From Acidobacteriota bacterium (GTDB lineage: Bacteria; Acidobacteriota; Vicinamibacteria; Vicinamibacterales; UBA2999), in assembly GCA_031404695.1 (NCBI GenBank), contig JANNIB010000346.1:155-64154 (forward strand): DNA of 64,000 bases. Direction: 5' to 3'. Below are positions 17,313 to 25,727 of the stretch, in pieces (position 1 is the first letter of the stretch; every line of letters begins with the position of its first letter). Under the pieces are notes generated by a model. That model was not told where the DNA came from and searched no databases. It saw only the letters and a list, made by a program, of their open reading frames with translations. The position numbers and the translations under genes are program-made.

Positions 17313-18008
17313 TCAGCGGGTCAGAATCTCGGCGAAGAAGGCCAGCGCGCGCGGGTCTTTCGACTGCCCCAGCCAGAAGAATGCCTGCTTGCGCAGCTGC
17401 GTGGACGCACTGCTGCGCGCCAGGGCGATCAGGTGACCGAGCGCCGCCGGCGCCGCATGGGCCGAAAGCGCCATCACGGCATCGTCGGCCAGGCGGCGCG
17501 AGCCGGAGGCGGCCTGTGTGTGCAGCCAGGTCACGCTGGCGTCGGCGGTGACCGTCGACAACCAGATCACCGTGCGGCCGCCGGCGTCGAGCGTGCACGA
17601 CGGCGAATACACGCGGATGCGGTCGATGGCGCCGGCGGCCACGCGCACGAGCACCACGGCGCGATCGGCCACGGGCTCGAGCGGCGCCGGTCTGTCCGTC
17701 GCGCCGCTGGCCGGCAGGGGCATCGCGGTGCCGCCGCCTTGCTCCAGGCGGCAGCCCCAGCAGCACGCGCCGGCATCGCCGCTGTCTTTCCAGCAGCAGC
17801 GATTCGCGCGGCCCTCGGCCGGCACGGCGTAGCCCACCCAGGCGACGTCGGTGGGTCCCTGCGCCACGGCGCGGGTGGCGGCGGCCAGGTCGCCCCCGGC
17901 GCGCGCCTCCACCCGGCCGTTCAGCACCTGGGGGGCGCCAGCGGGCTGGGCCGCTGCGGCCGAGGCACACACCAGGAGCAGGGCGAGGACGAGAGTCGCG
18001 AGAGTCAT
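17313..18008 (-). CDS. Secreted Cys-rich protein with a C-terminal HEAT-like repeat
   Basis: Signal peptide MTLATLVLALLLVCASAAAAQ. The motif RCCWKDSGDAGACCWGCRLEQ is present. The C-terminus RKQAFFWLGQSKDPRALAFFAEIL is HEAT-like. The gene lies 8 nt downstream of the HEAT-repeat gene. Confidence 0.7.
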   Translation of the reverse strand: MTLATLVLALLLVCASAAAAQPAGAPQVLNGRVEARAGGDLAAATRAVAQGPTDVAWVGYAVPAEGRANRCCWKDSGDAGACCWGCRLEQGGGTAMPLPASGATDRPAPLEPVADRAVVLVRVAAGAIDRIRVYSPSCTLDAGGRTVIWLSTVTADASVTWLHTQAASGSRRLADDAVMALSAHAAPAALGHLIALARSSASTQLRKQAFFWLGQSKDPRALAFFAEILTR

Positions 18009-18016
18009 GGTGCCCC

Positions 18017-19399
18017 CTATTTGCCGAGCAGTTCGACGAGGTAGTCGAGGGCGACCTTGGACTTCATGACGCTGAGCCGCTGCACGAGCGCCCGCTTCAT
18101 GGCCGGATCGCCTTCCTTGCGCGCGAGGCTCACGAGCGCCTCGGCGTTGTTCTGCACGAACAGCCCCTCGATGGCCGCCTGACGCACGGCCGGTTCCTTC
18201 TGGACGACGTAGATCTCGACAATCGCCGGGCCGGTGGCGCTGGCGCGCATCAGTCCGAGGTTGCGCACCGCCACGCGGCGCAGTTCGACGTTGGGCTCTG
18301 ACTTGGCCAGCTCGATGAGCCGCGCCGAGTTGCCGCCGACGAACATCGCCTGCAGGATCTCGCGCTTCACATCGGCCGTGCTCTCGCGCTGATAGAGCTG
18401 GTAGAGCTCGTCGTGCGCGCCCATCACGCCGAGCTGACGCACCGCTTCGGTGCGCACCTCGGCCTGGGTTTCAGTGGTCGCGGCCGCGAGCACTCGGGCG
18501 CGATCGCCGGCCACCATGTAGGCGCGCAGGATGCGGCGCTTCACGTCCGGCTCGGCCGACGGGTAGAGTTCCGCCAGCAGCGCGCGGTTCTCGCTCGAGC
18601 CGTGCACGCCGAGGTAGTCGATGGCCTTGCGCTGCAGGTCGGGATTGCCCTGGCGGGCGACCTCGGCGAGCGCCTTCCGCGCCTCGGGCGAGCCGCTCTG
18701 CGCCAGCACGAACAGCGCCCGCTCGCGCAGCTTGATCGACTGCGCGCTCTTGAGGAGCTGCTCGAGCATCGGCAGCGCCTGCTCGGGCGACGAGAACTGG
18801 AGGGCGTTGAGCGCCAGCAGCTTCAGCTCTTCGTCGCCGGCGGCATCGAGCGCCACCGGCTGGCCGACCCGCTGGCGCACCTGCACTTCGAGCGCGCGGG
18901 CATCGCCGAGCCAGCGGCTCAACGGATGCGCCTTGCCGAGTTCGGCAATCACGGTGAGCGCATCGGCCCGACGGCCCAGGCGATCCAGCGCATACGCCTT
19001 CCAGTAGAGGGCCGCATCGACACGCACGCCGGCCGCCGCCACCACCTCCTGCAGGCGGTCGAGCGCTTGCGCCCACTGGCCCTCGTCGATGGCGCGGCGG
19101 GCGCGGTCGTAGTCGCGCTGTTCGCTGGCGCGTGCGCGCGCCAGTTCCGCGGTGGCCCGCGCCTGTTCCACGCTGACGCGCGCGTCCTCGGCCACGCGCC
19201 GTTCGACCTCCCGCACCTGGCGCTCGGCTTCGCGTGCCTGGCGTTCGGCCTCGCGGGCGCGCGCCTCTTCGTCGAGCGCACGGCGCGAGTCGTCGAGCTG
19301 GTGGCTGGCGGTCAGGGCCGGCGGCAGCGGCGCGTCGGGCACGTCACGGGGCAGCAGCGCCGTGGCGGCGGTTATGAGAATCGTTCCCCACACGGTCAT
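18017..19399 (-). CDS. HEAT-repeat protein with an N-terminal anchor and a charged coiled-coil segment
   Basis: MTVWGTILITAATALL (TM/anchor) is followed by REAERQAREAERQVREVERR, a TPR-like stretch and multiple HEAT-like repeats (RERALFVLAQSGSPEARKAL, RKAIDYLG, RRVAVRNLG, VRQAAIEGL). The ATG at 19399 overlaps the anti-sigma stop (ATGA). Confidence 0.8.
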   Translation of the reverse strand: MTVWGTILITAATALLPRDVPDAPLPPALTASHQLDDSRRALDEEARAREAERQAREAERQVREVERRVAEDARVSVEQARATAELARARASEQRDYDRARRAIDEGQWAQALDRLQEVVAAAGVRVDAALYWKAYALDRLGRRADALTVIAELGKAHPLSRWLGDARALEVQVRQRVGQPVALDAAGDEELKLLALNALQFSSPEQALPMLEQLLKSAQSIKLRERALFVLAQSGSPEARKALAEVARQGNPDLQRKAIDYLGVHGSSENRALLAELYPSAEPDVKRRILRAYMVAGDRARVLAAATTETQAEVRTEAVRQLGVMGAHDELYQLYQRESTADVKREILQAMFVGGNSARLIELAKSEPNVELRRVAVRNLGLMRASATGPAIVEIYVVQKEPAVRQAAIEGLFVQNNAEALVSLARKEGDPAMKRALVQRLSVMKSKVALDYLVELLGK

Positions 19400-20187
19400 G
19401 ATGTCGGTCCCTTTCGAAGGTTCGTCTCGGGCCGTTGCCGCGCGCGCAGCTCGTCGGTGAGCACGCGGACACGGAACAGCAGGCTCTGAGTCTCGATGCG
19501 CGCCTTGAGCGCCGTCCAGTCGTCGGCGGTCGCGTCGTCTGGCGCGTTGGCGATCTCGACCAGCACGCGCTCCAGGTCGTCGAGCACGACGTCGAGTGAG
19601 TCGTCGCCGGCCAGCGCCGCCGTCTGGCGGACCAGCCGATTGGTCGCCACCAGGTCGGTGGCCCGCTGACGCTCGGACGCGAGCGCGGCGCCGGCGTCGT
19701 CGGAGGCGCCGTTGGCGACCTCCGTGAGCACGAGCTGGGCGCGCACCAGGTGATCGCCGACCGCCAGATCGAGCAGCCGCGCGCGCGCCGGCGCCTCGGC
19801 CGCGGCCGCGGCCGTCGAGATCGACGTCGCGACCGCAGGCGTCGGCTCGACGACATCGCGGCCCTGGCGTCCGGCATAGAAGGCGATGGCCACGACACCC
19901 GCCATCGCTGCGGCCACGGCCCACCGGGCGGCACCGCCCTGCCACAGCCGCTGCCACCACGGCGCCGGCGTCAGGAGCTGGTTCTGCAGCCGCGCCCACA
20001 TGGTGGCCTCGTAGCCGGCGCCGGGTTCGCCTTCGCCACTGGCCTCGACCAGTGCCAGTGCCTGCTGCAGCCGCTGCAGCGCGCCGCGGCACTCGGCGCA
20101 GGACGCCAGGTGCAGATCGAGCCGTGCGGTGTCGTCGCCAGACTCGCCGTAGTAGTGCAGCACGAGGTGGTCGTGTGTCGGGTGCAT
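19396..20187 (-). CDS. Anti-sigma factor (zf-HC2-like N-terminus, single TM)
   Basis: HLVLHYYGE...LDLHLASCAECRGAL matches the H-x3-C-x2-C pattern. The TM segment is WAVAAAMAGVVAIAFYA. The gene lies 10 nt downstream of the ECF sigma gene. Confidence 0.75.
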   Translation of the reverse strand: MHPTHDHLVLHYYGESGDDTARLDLHLASCAECRGALQRLQQALALVEASGEGEPGAGYEATMWARLQNQLLTPAPWWQRLWQGGAARWAVAAAMAGVVAIAFYAGRQGRDVVEPTPAVATSISTAAAAAEAPARARLLDLAVGDHLVRAQLVLTEVANGASDDAGAALASERQRATDLVATNRLVRQTAALAGDDSLDVVLDDLERVLVEIANAPDDATADDWTALKARIETQSLLFRVRVLTDELRARQRPETNLRKGPTS

Positions 20188-20197
20188 GCGTCCGGTC

Positions 20198-20779
20198 CTA
20201 CTCTCCGTGTCGCGCGTCCACGAGCGGCTCGAGCACGAGCCGCATCTTCCTTACGGCGCGGAACACGCTGTGTTTCGCGGCTTCGGTCTTGAGTCCGAGC
20301 GAGGTGCCGATTTCGTCAATCGAGCGCCCTTCAAGGTGGCGCAGCATGAACGCCGCGCGTTCGAGCGGCGTGAGCCGGCCCAGGCCGGCCGTCACACGCT
20401 CGCCGATCTCGGTGCTGAGCATCTGCCGGTCGGGCAACGGCGGCTGGCTCACCGCCGTGTCGCCGCTGGCCACGGTGTCGAGGTCGTCGATCGACTGCGC
20501 ACCGGCGCGGTGACGCCGCCCGCGGATGAGATCGATGGCGCAGTTGACCGCGATTTTGTGGAGCCAGGTCCGGAAGTCCGCCCGCGCTTCGAAGCGCCCC
20601 AGCTGCCGGTAGGCCTTCAGGAACGCCTCCTGCACCACGTCTTCGGCGTCCGAGTGGTTCCCCGTCATCCGATAGGCCACGCGATGCACGTAGCGGCTGT
20701 GGCGATCGACCAGCACGCGAAAGGCGTGCGGGTCGCCGCCACTGACGGCCGCCACGGCGGCCCGGTCGGTCTCGTGCAT
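20198..20779 (-). CDS. ECF-type RNA polymerase sigma factor (sigma-70 family, regions 2 and 4)
   Basis: FRVLVDRHSRYVHRVAYRMTGNHSDAEDVVQEAFLKAY (region 2) and LTPLERAAFMLRHLEGRSIDEIGTSLGLKTEAAKHSVFRAVRKMR (region 4). Confidence 0.9.
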   Translation of the reverse strand: MHETDRAAVAAVSGGDPHAFRVLVDRHSRYVHRVAYRMTGNHSDAEDVVQEAFLKAYRQLGRFEARADFRTWLHKIAVNCAIDLIRGRRHRAGAQSIDDLDTVASGDTAVSQPPLPDRQMLSTEIGERVTAGLGRLTPLERAAFMLRHLEGRSIDEIGTSLGLKTEAAKHSVFRAVRKMRLVLEPLVDARHGE

Positions 20780-20865
20780 CGGTGGATTGGACGGTGGGGC
20801 CGGGAAATCGTTGGCCGGCGGTGCGAAACGGCTCGAGGGCGGCGTTCCGGCGCCAGCTCGGCCGT

Positions 20866-21303
20866 TCAGGACGGCGCCAATCGGGCCTTTCCGAAGGTCT
20901 TCTGCAGATGCGCGATCGACGCCTTCACCAGCTTCTTCAGCGTCGGCAGATGGAGGTCGCTCAGCCGCTTGACGTAGATGCAGGAGACGCCGTGCGAGAC
21001 CGGTCCGAGCGCTGTGATGAGGTCGTCGTAGCCCTTGAAACCCGGCATCACGTAGACGACGAGGTTCTTCACCCGCGGTGAGAAGGCCACGAGCGGCCAG
21101 TCGCGTTCACGTCCGGCCGCATATTGATAACGATACGCGCCGAAGCCGACGATGCTCGTGCCCCACAGCACGGCGGGCGCTTTGGTGACAGCCGTCAGGA
21201 TTCCGACGAGCGCGGTGCAGTCGTCGCGCAGAAGCGGATCTTTGACCTTCGCGATGAAGGCGGCCACCGAGGCGGTCGTCGGTCGCGTCTTGGGCTCGGC
21301 CAC
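20866..21303 (-). CDS. DUF1801 (YdhG-like) domain protein
   Basis: VAEPKTRPTTASVAAFIAKVKDPLLRDDCTALVGIL...LWGTSIVGFGAYRYQYAAGRERDWPLVAFSPRVKNLVVYV. A GTG at 21303 is preceded by GGAGGA. The longer ORF reaching 21480 is an extension. Confidence 0.7.
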   Translation of the reverse strand: MAEPKTRPTTASVAAFIAKVKDPLLRDDCTALVGILTAVTKAPAVLWGTSIVGFGAYRYQYAAGRERDWPLVAFSPRVKNLVVYVMPGFKGYDDLITALGPVSHGVSCIYVKRLSDLHLPTLKKLVKASIAHLQKTFGKARLAPS

Positions 21304-21325
21304 AGCGGTCCTCCGCGTGGATGGG

Positions 21326-22303
21326 TTACTGCGCCAGCGCCTTCGGATCGATGCCCGTGCCCAGCGTGAACGACGACCCGACCGCGCCGACCAGAGCGGC
21401 CTTGCGTGCCAGCCCGAGCGCCTGACGGATGCGGAACACGGCTTCGATGCCGGTGCAGTGCGCGCCGAGGAAATACGCAAGGCGCGCCTCCTTCAACTTC
21501 GACGCCGTCCACGCCAGCGTGTCGTCGGAGGCCGCAAACAAATGGAAGCCACCAATCGCCGCATGCACCTGGGTGTTCTGGACGGCCTTCTGCGCGTATT
21601 CGAGCGTGTTGACGATGCCGGCATGGCCGCAGCCGCTCACGACCACCAACCCCTGCGCCGTCTGCACCACGACCGACGAGTCTTCCGGCACGTTGTCCTC
21701 GACCGGCCCGTTCGCCGTCTGGAGCCGGGTGTTCACGCTCCAGTTCTTCTCGGGATAGGTGCGCGGCACCGGGCCGGTCATCCACACGCCGGGCGCCAGC
21801 CGCGTCGGCTTGTCGTACTCGACGAAGGTGCCGCCGAGCTTCTCGTATTCGGCTTTGATCGGCAGCAGACCGCCGCCCTCGCGGCCCTGCCGATCGAGCC
21901 GGCTGGTGAAGATCCCCTTCGCGACGTGCGCGCGGCTGAGCGCCGCCGGATTCTTCTTCGCCATCTCGCGGCGCAGTGTCAGCAGGCCGCCGGTGTGGTC
22001 GTCGTGGTTGTGCGTGATGACGAGGTCGGTGATGGTGGACAGATCCACCTTGAGTTCGGCGGCGTTCTTCAGCACCGTCTCGGCGCGCGCTCCGGTGTCG
22101 ATGAGCCAGCGCTTGCCGTCCACCTCGAGCACGGCGGCAAAGCCCCATTCGCCCACGCCTTCACGGGCGTTGCCGACCAGCATCGTCGACAGCACCGTGA
22201 CTTTCATCGTCTTCACGGGCGGGTCGGACGACTGGGCCACGGCCGGCCCGGCGAGAGCCACGAGCGCCGTGACGGCGAACAACAGCTGAGCGGCCTGCAT
22301 TTG
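21326..22303 (-). CDS. MBL-fold metallo-hydrolase, secreted
   Basis: Signal peptide MQAAQLLFAVTALVALAGPAVAQ. The motif ITHNHDDHTGG (HxHxDH) and a later SGCGHAG block are present. Confidence 0.85.
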   Translation of the reverse strand, partial: QMQAAQLLFAVTALVALAGPAVAQSSDPPVKTMKVTVLSTMLVGNAREGVGEWGFAAVLEVDGKRWLIDTGARAETVLKNAAELKVDLSTITDLVITHNHDDHTGGLLTLRREMAKKNPAALSRAHVAKGIFTSRLDRQGREGGGLLPIKAEYEKLGGTFVEYDKPTRLAPGVWMTGPVPRTYPEKNWSVNTRLQTANGPVEDNVPEDSSVVVQTAQGLVVVSGCGHAGIVNTLEYAQKAVQNTQVHAAIGGFHLFAASDDTLAWTASKLKEARLAYFLGAHCTGIEAVFRIRQALGLARKAALVGAVGSSFTLGTGIDPKALAQ

Positions 22304-22380
22304 CGGATCCTCCAGCGCCGGACGTCGTGCCGCCGGCAGGCGCCGATTGTGGCACAAGGGCCCTCCGATAGAATGCGGCG

Positions 22381-23523
22381 ATGCTGCCGTGCCAGAAGTC
22401 GCGCTTCTCGCTGCCGGATGACGAGCACTATCTGAACTGCGCCTACATGTCGCCGATCTCGGTCGCGGTCGAGACCGCCGGCATGACCGGCGTGGCCAGG
22501 AAACGCGTGCCGTCGCGGATCGCCGCCGCGGACTTCTTCAACGAGTCCGACCGGGCGCGGGCGCTCTTCGCCCGGCTGGTGAACGCGCCGGACCCCTCGC
22601 GTGTGGCGATCGTACCGTCGGCCTCGTACGGTCTGGCGATTGCGGCCCGCAACTTACCGGTCGCCGCCGGTCAGCACATCGTCGTGACGCACGAGCAGTT
22701 CCCGGCCAACGTGCATGCGTGGCGACGCCTGGCCCGTGACCAGGGCGTCGAGGTGCGTGCGGTGGCGCCGCCGGAGGTGGTCAACGGCCGCGGCCAGGGC
22801 TGGAACACCCGGCTGCTCGAGGCGATTGGCACCGACACGGCGATCGTGGCGCTCGGGCACGTCCACTGGACCGACGGCACGAAGTTCGATCTCGAGGCCA
22901 TCGGCCGGCGCGCGCGCGAGGTGGGTGCGGCGCTGGTCATCGACGGCACGCAGTCGGTGGGGGCGATGCCGTTCGATGTGCAGGCCATCCAGCCCGATGC
23001 GCTCGTGTGCGCCACCTACAAGTGGCTGATGGGGCCGTATTCGATGGGGTTTGCGTATTTGGCACCGCGCTTCGACGCCGGCACGCCGCTCGAGGAGACG
23101 TGGATCGGCCGCGCCGGCAGCGAGAACTTCAAGGAACTCGTGAACTACCGCGACGACTACCAGCCGGGCGCGGTCCGTTACGACGTCGGCGAACGCAGCA
23201 ACTTCGCGCTCATGCCGATGGCGACGGCGGCACTCGAACAGGTGCTCGACTGGCAGCCGGCGCGCGTGCAGGAGTACTGCACCGCGCTGACCGCCGACCT
23301 CTTCGAGCGCGTGCGGGCGCGCGGCTACACGGTGGAGGCGCCGGAGTTCCGCGGCGCGCACCTCTTCGGCCTGCGCGCGCCGGCCGGCACCGACATCACG
23401 GCCGTGGGCGAGCGACTGCGCGAACGCAGGGTGTTCGTGTCGCTGCGGGGCTCGGCGCTGCGCGTGGCGCCGCACGTCTACAACGACGGGCGGGACATCG
23501 AGGCCTTGCTCGACGCGCTGTGA
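22381..23523 (+). CDS. Aminotransferase class V-fold PLP enzyme (cysteine desulfurase/epimerase-like)
   Basis: 380-aa ORF with LNCAYMSPIS and ATYKWLMGPYSMGFAY (PLP-lysine block), consistent with the class V fold. Confidence 0.75.
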   Translation: MLPCQKSRFSLPDDEHYLNCAYMSPISVAVETAGMTGVARKRVPSRIAAADFFNESDRARALFARLVNAPDPSRVAIVPSASYGLAIAARNLPVAAGQHIVVTHEQFPANVHAWRRLARDQGVEVRAVAPPEVVNGRGQGWNTRLLEAIGTDTAIVALGHVHWTDGTKFDLEAIGRRAREVGAALVIDGTQSVGAMPFDVQAIQPDALVCATYKWLMGPYSMGFAYLAPRFDAGTPLEETWIGRAGSENFKELVNYRDDYQPGAVRYDVGERSNFALMPMATAALEQVLDWQPARVQEYCTALTADLFERVRARGYTVEAPEFRGAHLFGLRAPAGTDITAVGERLRERRVFVSLRGSALRVAPHVYNDGRDIEALLDAL

Positions 23524-23524
23524 A

Positions 23525-23570
23525 GGGACTGTCCCTGTTTCCAGCTCGGCCCAGAATGGGGACTGTCCCT
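23525..23570. repeat. Two direct copies of the 12-mer GGGACTGTCCCT (each an internal palindrome GGGAC-T-GTCCC), 34 bp apart
   Basis: Copies at 23525-23536 and 23559-23570, in the 69-nt spacer between convergent genes. Confidence 0.9.
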
Positions 23571-23590
23571 AGTCTGGACGGGGCCAGACT
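23571..23590. terminator. Short hairpin AGTCTGG-ACGGGG-CCAGACT between convergent genes
   Basis: A 7-bp stem followed by TTGTT on the plus strand. Confidence 0.4.
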
Positions 23591-23592
23591 TG

Positions 23593-24615
23593 TTACGGCT
23601 CCCGCGACGCGGTGTACGCAGCGATCGCCACCATGTCGTCGAGTGTCAGTTTCTGCACCGCCGCCTGCATGAGCGGCGCCCACGGTCCGCGGCGGGTGCC
23701 GTGCTGCAGGTCGAAGAGCTGGCGCACGGTGTAGCTGGGCGAGCGTCCGGCCAGCGGCGGCACAGCGCCGAGGCCCTTGAGGTCCGCGCCGTGGCAGACC
23801 CCGCAGGCGATGGTGCGACTACCACCGCCGGTCGTCACGAGCACTTCGCCGCGAGCGATGCTGCCCGGCGGCACGTAGGCGATGAAGCCCGACCCCGAGT
23901 CGCGCACCTCGGCGCGGGCCACGTCTTCCGGCGTCTCGATGATGCGTCCCGCGATCGGCTCGGTGCCGGAGCCCTCGCCGACGATTGGCACGAACACGCC
24001 GCCGGCGATCTTCATCTTCGCGACCGTGGGCGTCTCGACGACGCGGATCCACGGCCGGTACGGGAACGACGCGAAGTAGGCGGCGGCCGCGCGATCCTCG
24101 TCCACCGTGCTGGCCTTCGCGATCGCCAGCATCGCAGCGGGCGGACGCATGTTCGGGTCGGCGCTGCGGCGCAGGCCGGCGCGCATGTCGGCCATCTGCT
24201 GCACGACGTAGGCCGCCGGCAGGCCGGCCAGCGACGAGTTCTCCGGCCGGCCCTGGCCGTTCGGATAGTGGCAGTAGCCGCAGGCGCGGACGTCGGGCTT
24301 GCGGCCGTGGGCCACCACCTCGGGCGGCGCCGGATGGGTGTCGGGCCGCCAGTCGGGCGGATTGAACAGGTCGCCCAGTTGCGCGCGCGTCAGCCGCACC
24401 GGGCTCCCGGGAACCGACAGCGGCGCACCCGCGTCAGCGGGGGCGGCGGCCCCGCCGGGCGGCGTGGGACTGTTGATCGTGTAGACCCAGGGCGGCGGCA
24501 CAGCGCCGGCCGGCGCGTCGGCCCGCAGCGCGGACGGGGTCTGGGCGGAAGGCGCGGCGGCGACCGCCAGGCCGGCGACAGCTGCGGCGGCGAAGAGGCG
24601 AAGGGGTGGGGACAT
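23593..24615 (-). CDS. Dihaem c-type cytochrome, secreted
   Basis: Signal peptide MSPPLRLFAAAAVAGLAVAAAPSAQ. Two CxxCH motifs are present (CGYCH and CGVCH). Confidence 0.85.
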   Translation of the reverse strand: MSPPLRLFAAAAVAGLAVAAAPSAQTPSALRADAPAGAVPPPWVYTINSPTPPGGAAAPADAGAPLSVPGSPVRLTRAQLGDLFNPPDWRPDTHPAPPEVVAHGRKPDVRACGYCHYPNGQGRPENSSLAGLPAAYVVQQMADMRAGLRRSADPNMRPPAAMLAIAKASTVDEDRAAAAYFASFPYRPWIRVVETPTVAKMKIAGGVFVPIVGEGSGTEPIAGRIIETPEDVARAEVRDSGSGFIAYVPPGSIARGEVLVTTGGGSRTIACGVCHGADLKGLGAVPPLAGRSPSYTVRQLFDLQHGTRRGPWAPLMQAAVQKLTLDDMVAIAAYTASREP

Positions 24616-24719
24616 GGCGCCGCCAGTGTAGTGTCCCGTCGCCCCGACGGCGCGCCGGGCCGTTACGGTATCGCCCGGAGACATTTCGTTGCATACTCCT
24701 CGGCGGAGGATTCCCAACG

Positions 24720-25103
24720 ATGCAGGCACAGATGGCACGGCGGCAGTTCGTGGTCGTAATCGCGGCACTCGTGATGACGGCCGCGGCCGCGCAGGCCCAG
24801 AAAGTGGACGTCACCGGCGACTGGGCGTTCAACGTCGAGACCGGCATGGGGTCGGGCACCCCTGCTATCACCTTCAAGCAGGACGGCGAGAAGCTCACCG
24901 GCACCTACAGCGGCCAGCTCGGGAACACGGCGTTCACGGGCACGGTGAAGGGCACCGCCATCGAGTTCTCGTTCACGACCGAAGCGCAGGGCCAGTCGAT
25001 CGACGTCGTCTACAAGGGCACCGTGGACGGCACGACGATGAAGGGCGCGGTCGCCATGGCTGGCGGCCAGCTCTCCGGCACCTTCTCGGGCACGAAGAAG
25101 TAG
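24720..25103 (+). CDS. Small secreted beta-rich protein, unknown function
   Basis: Signal peptide MQAQMARRQFVVVIAALVMTAAAAQAQ, then repeated G-T/x-G-T strands (VDVTGDWAFNVE, LTGTYSG, FTGTVKGTAIEFSF, YKGTVDGTTMKG). A GGAGGA RBS is present. Confidence 0.65.
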   Translation: MQAQMARRQFVVVIAALVMTAAAAQAQKVDVTGDWAFNVETGMGSGTPAITFKQDGEKLTGTYSGQLGNTAFTGTVKGTAIEFSFTTEAQGQSIDVVYKGTVDGTTMKGAVAMAGGQLSGTFSGTKK

Positions 25104-25106
25104 CGC

Positions 25107-25727
25107 TCAGAAGGACGTGATCGCGACCCCCTGGCGGCAGAGCGGACACTCCGCCGCCGGGTGGTTCTCGGGGGCCGGATAGTCCACCAGCGCCACGTTG
25201 GGCACGCCGAGTGTGACCACGGCCTCGCCGCGGTCCACGATCTGCGCCGTGCACACGACCGTGCCCCCGGCGGCCGCGATGAGATCGGCGCACTGCTTGA
25301 ATGTCTGCCCGGTGTTGCGGACATCGTCCACGAGCAGCACCTTGGTGCCCTTCACGACCCCGGCATAGAACGGCGACAGCACTTCGGCGCCGTCAGGGCC
25401 GTGATGCAACGGCGCAAACGAGTAGGGCTCGCGCGTGAGCGGACGACGCCCGTCGATCAGCCCGGCGATGGTGTGCGCGAGCAGCGCGCCACCGGTGGCC
25501 GGACCCGCGACGACACTCACCGCGTCGGTCACGCCCGCCGGCAGCACGTCGATGAGATCCTGCGCCACGCGCCAGATCGTCGAGGGATAGCGCAGCAACT
25601 GGTGCGGGTTCAGGTACAGCCGCCCGTGATAGCCGTTGGCATAGTCGAAGTGGCCCTCCATGACCACTTCGAAGCGCCGCAGATCCTGGAGGGCGCGCCT
25701 CCTGATGTCGTCGTGCCGCGTCTCCAT
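25107..25727 (-). CDS. Phosphoribosyltransferase, orotate-PRTase-like (possible pyrE equivalent)
   Basis: PRPP loop VLLVDDVRNTGQT, N-terminal EGHFDYANGYHGRLYLN and a C-terminal ECPLC. It directly follows pyrC (stop/start overlap TGATG; an alternative GTG lies at 25730). Confidence 0.7.
   Translation of the reverse strand: METRHDDIRRRALQDLRRFEVVMEGHFDYANGYHGRLYLNPHQLLRYPSTIWRVAQDLIDVLPAGVTDAVSVVAGPATGGALLAHTIAGLIDGRRPLTREPYSFAPLHHGPDGAEVLSPFYAGVVKGTKVLLVDDVRNTGQTFKQCADLIAAAGGTVVCTAQIVDRGEAVVTLGVPNVALVDYPAPENHPAAECPLCRQGVAITSF

Noticed and set aside
20827-20848. ECF-type promoter GGAAC...CGTT upstream of the ECF sigma gene (minus strand).
   Set aside because: The spacing between GGAAC and CGTT is only about 13 nt, against the usual 16-17 nt. 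This cannot be supported without a TSS or orthologue conservation.
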